From: Ranitomeya imitator
Taxonomy: Eukaryota
Reading direction: 5' to 3'
DNA length: 64,000 nucleotides
NCBI RefSeq assembly: GCF_032444005.1
Contig: NC_091283.1
Coordinates: 29,450,001-29,514,000 of the forward strand
Under the pieces are notes generated by a model. It saw nothing but the letters and a program-made list of their open reading frames with translations, did not search any database and was not told where the DNA came from. Below are positions 62,704 through 64,000 of this stretch, piece by piece. The position numbers were made by a program, and so were the translations under genes. Within the stretch, counting starts at the first letter, position 1, and every line of letters begins with the position of its first letter.

Positions 62704-63333
62704 ATAGTTACATAGTTACATAGTTATTACATAGTTATTAAGGTTGAAGGAAGACCATAAGTCCATCTAGTTCAACCCATAGCCTAACCTAACATGCCCT
62801 AACATGTTGATCCAGAGGAAGGCAAAAAAAAACCATGTGGCAAATAGTAAGCTGCACATTGGGCAAAAAAATTCCTTCCCAACTCCACACACGGCAATCA
62901 GACTAGTTCCCTGGATCAACGCCCTATCTAGGAATCTAGTATATATACCCTGTAACATTATACTTTTCCAGAAAGGTATCCAGTCCCCTCTTAAATTTAA
63001 GTAATGAATCACTCATTACAACATCATACGGCAGAGAGTTCCATAGTCTCACTGCTCTTACAGTAAAGAACCCGCGTCTGTTATTATGCTTAAACCTTTT
63101 TTCCTCCAAACGCAGAGGATGCCCCCTTGTCCCTGTTTCAGGTCTATGATTAAAAAGATCATCAGAAAGGTCTTTGTACTGTCCCCTCATATATTTATGC
63201 ATTAAAATAAGATCACCCCTTAGTCTTCGTTTTTCCAAACTAAATAGCCCCAAGTGTAATAACCTATCTTGGTATTGCAGACCCCCCAGTCCTCTAATAA
63301 CCTTGGTCGCTCTTCTCTGCACCCGCTCTAGTT
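62704..63333 (-). mobile_element. CR1 LINE 3' end (subfamily 2), present only in TAP2 copy B intron 8
   Basis: Reverse-oriented (TAACTATG)n tail at 62704; ORF2 end QRRATKVI...GFFTVRAVRLWNSLP (62936-63322); absent at the equivalent site of copy A (~3426). Confidence 0.92.
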
Positions 63334-64000
63334 ACATACATAGTAACATAGTAACATAGTTAGTAAGGCCGAAAAAAGACATTTGTCCATCCAGTTCAGC
63401 CTATATTCCATCATAATAAATACCCAGATCTACGTCCTTCTACAGAACCTAATAATTGTATGATACAATATTGTTCTGCTCCAGGAAGACATCCAGGCCT
63501 CTCTTGAACCCCTCGACTGAGTTCGCCATCACCACCTCCTCAGGCAAGCAATTCCAGATTCTCACTGCCCTAACAGTAAAGAATCCTCTTCTATGTTGGT
63601 GGAAAAACCTTCTCTCCTCCAGACGCAAAGAATGCCCCCTTGTGCCCGTCACCTTCCTTGGTATAAACAGATCCTCAGCGAGATATTTGTATTGTCCCCT
63701 TATATACTTATACATGGTTATTAGATCGCCCCCTTATATACTTATACATGGTTATTAGATCGCCCCTCAGTCGTCTTTTTTCTAGACTAAATAATCCTAA
63801 TTTTGCTAATCTATCTGGGTATTGTAGTTCTCCCATCCCCTTTATTAATTTTGTTGCCCTCCTTTGTACTCTCTCTAGTTCCATTATATCCTTCCTGAGC
63901 ACCGGTGCCCAAAACTGGACACAGTACTCCATGTGCGGTCTAACTAGGGATTTGTACAGAGGCAGTATAATGCTCTCATCATGTGTATCCAGACCTCTTT
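63334..64000 (-). mobile_element. CR1 LINE of the same subfamily as 21418-22630, with an internal 34-bp duplication
   Basis: Near-identical reverse complement of 21990-22630; tandem duplication 63697-63730 / 63731-63764 breaks ORF2. Confidence 0.93.

Overview
Vertebrate genomic DNA from the MHC class I antigen-processing region, most likely of a frog. That call rests on PSMB8/TAP similarity to Xenopus-type proteins as I recall them and on the amphibian-type repeat landscape; the species cannot be fixed from the sequence alone. Gene order: TAP2 copy A (+, exon 4 partial to exon 11, 1-7879) > PSMB8 (+, exons 2-6, 17128-27695) >< TAP1 (-, 11 coding exons, 715 aa, intact, 43445-28478) <> TAP2 copy B (+, exons 1-8, 54174-62481, continuing past the window). 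Position 1 aligns to position 59245, so TAP2, and possibly the whole TAP2-PSMB8-TAP1 cassette, is duplicated at about 59.2 kb. The two TAP2 copies are nearly identical in exons 7-8 (5 nt differences in 363) but differ strongly in exons 5-6 (20 in 327), including a dense cluster at the segment equivalent to human TAP2 373-377, beside the specificity residue 374. The PSMB8 between them looks catalytically crippled: Thr1->Ser, Gly47->Arg, Ala49->Val, a 1-nt deletion in the propeptide exon, and no recognisable exon 1. TAP1 and TAP2 are head-to-head (chicken-like) with no PSMB9 recognised between them, around a kB/GAS/ISRE promoter; PSMB8 and TAP1 are tail-to-tail with interleaved polyA signals. 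Introns hold many different minisatellites, two Helitrons, young CR1 LINEs, two Tc1 elements (one with an intact ORF), Harbinger-type MITEs and two kilobase-scale palindromes, one carrying three CTCF motifs. Exon coordinates were derived by hand; no database search was run.
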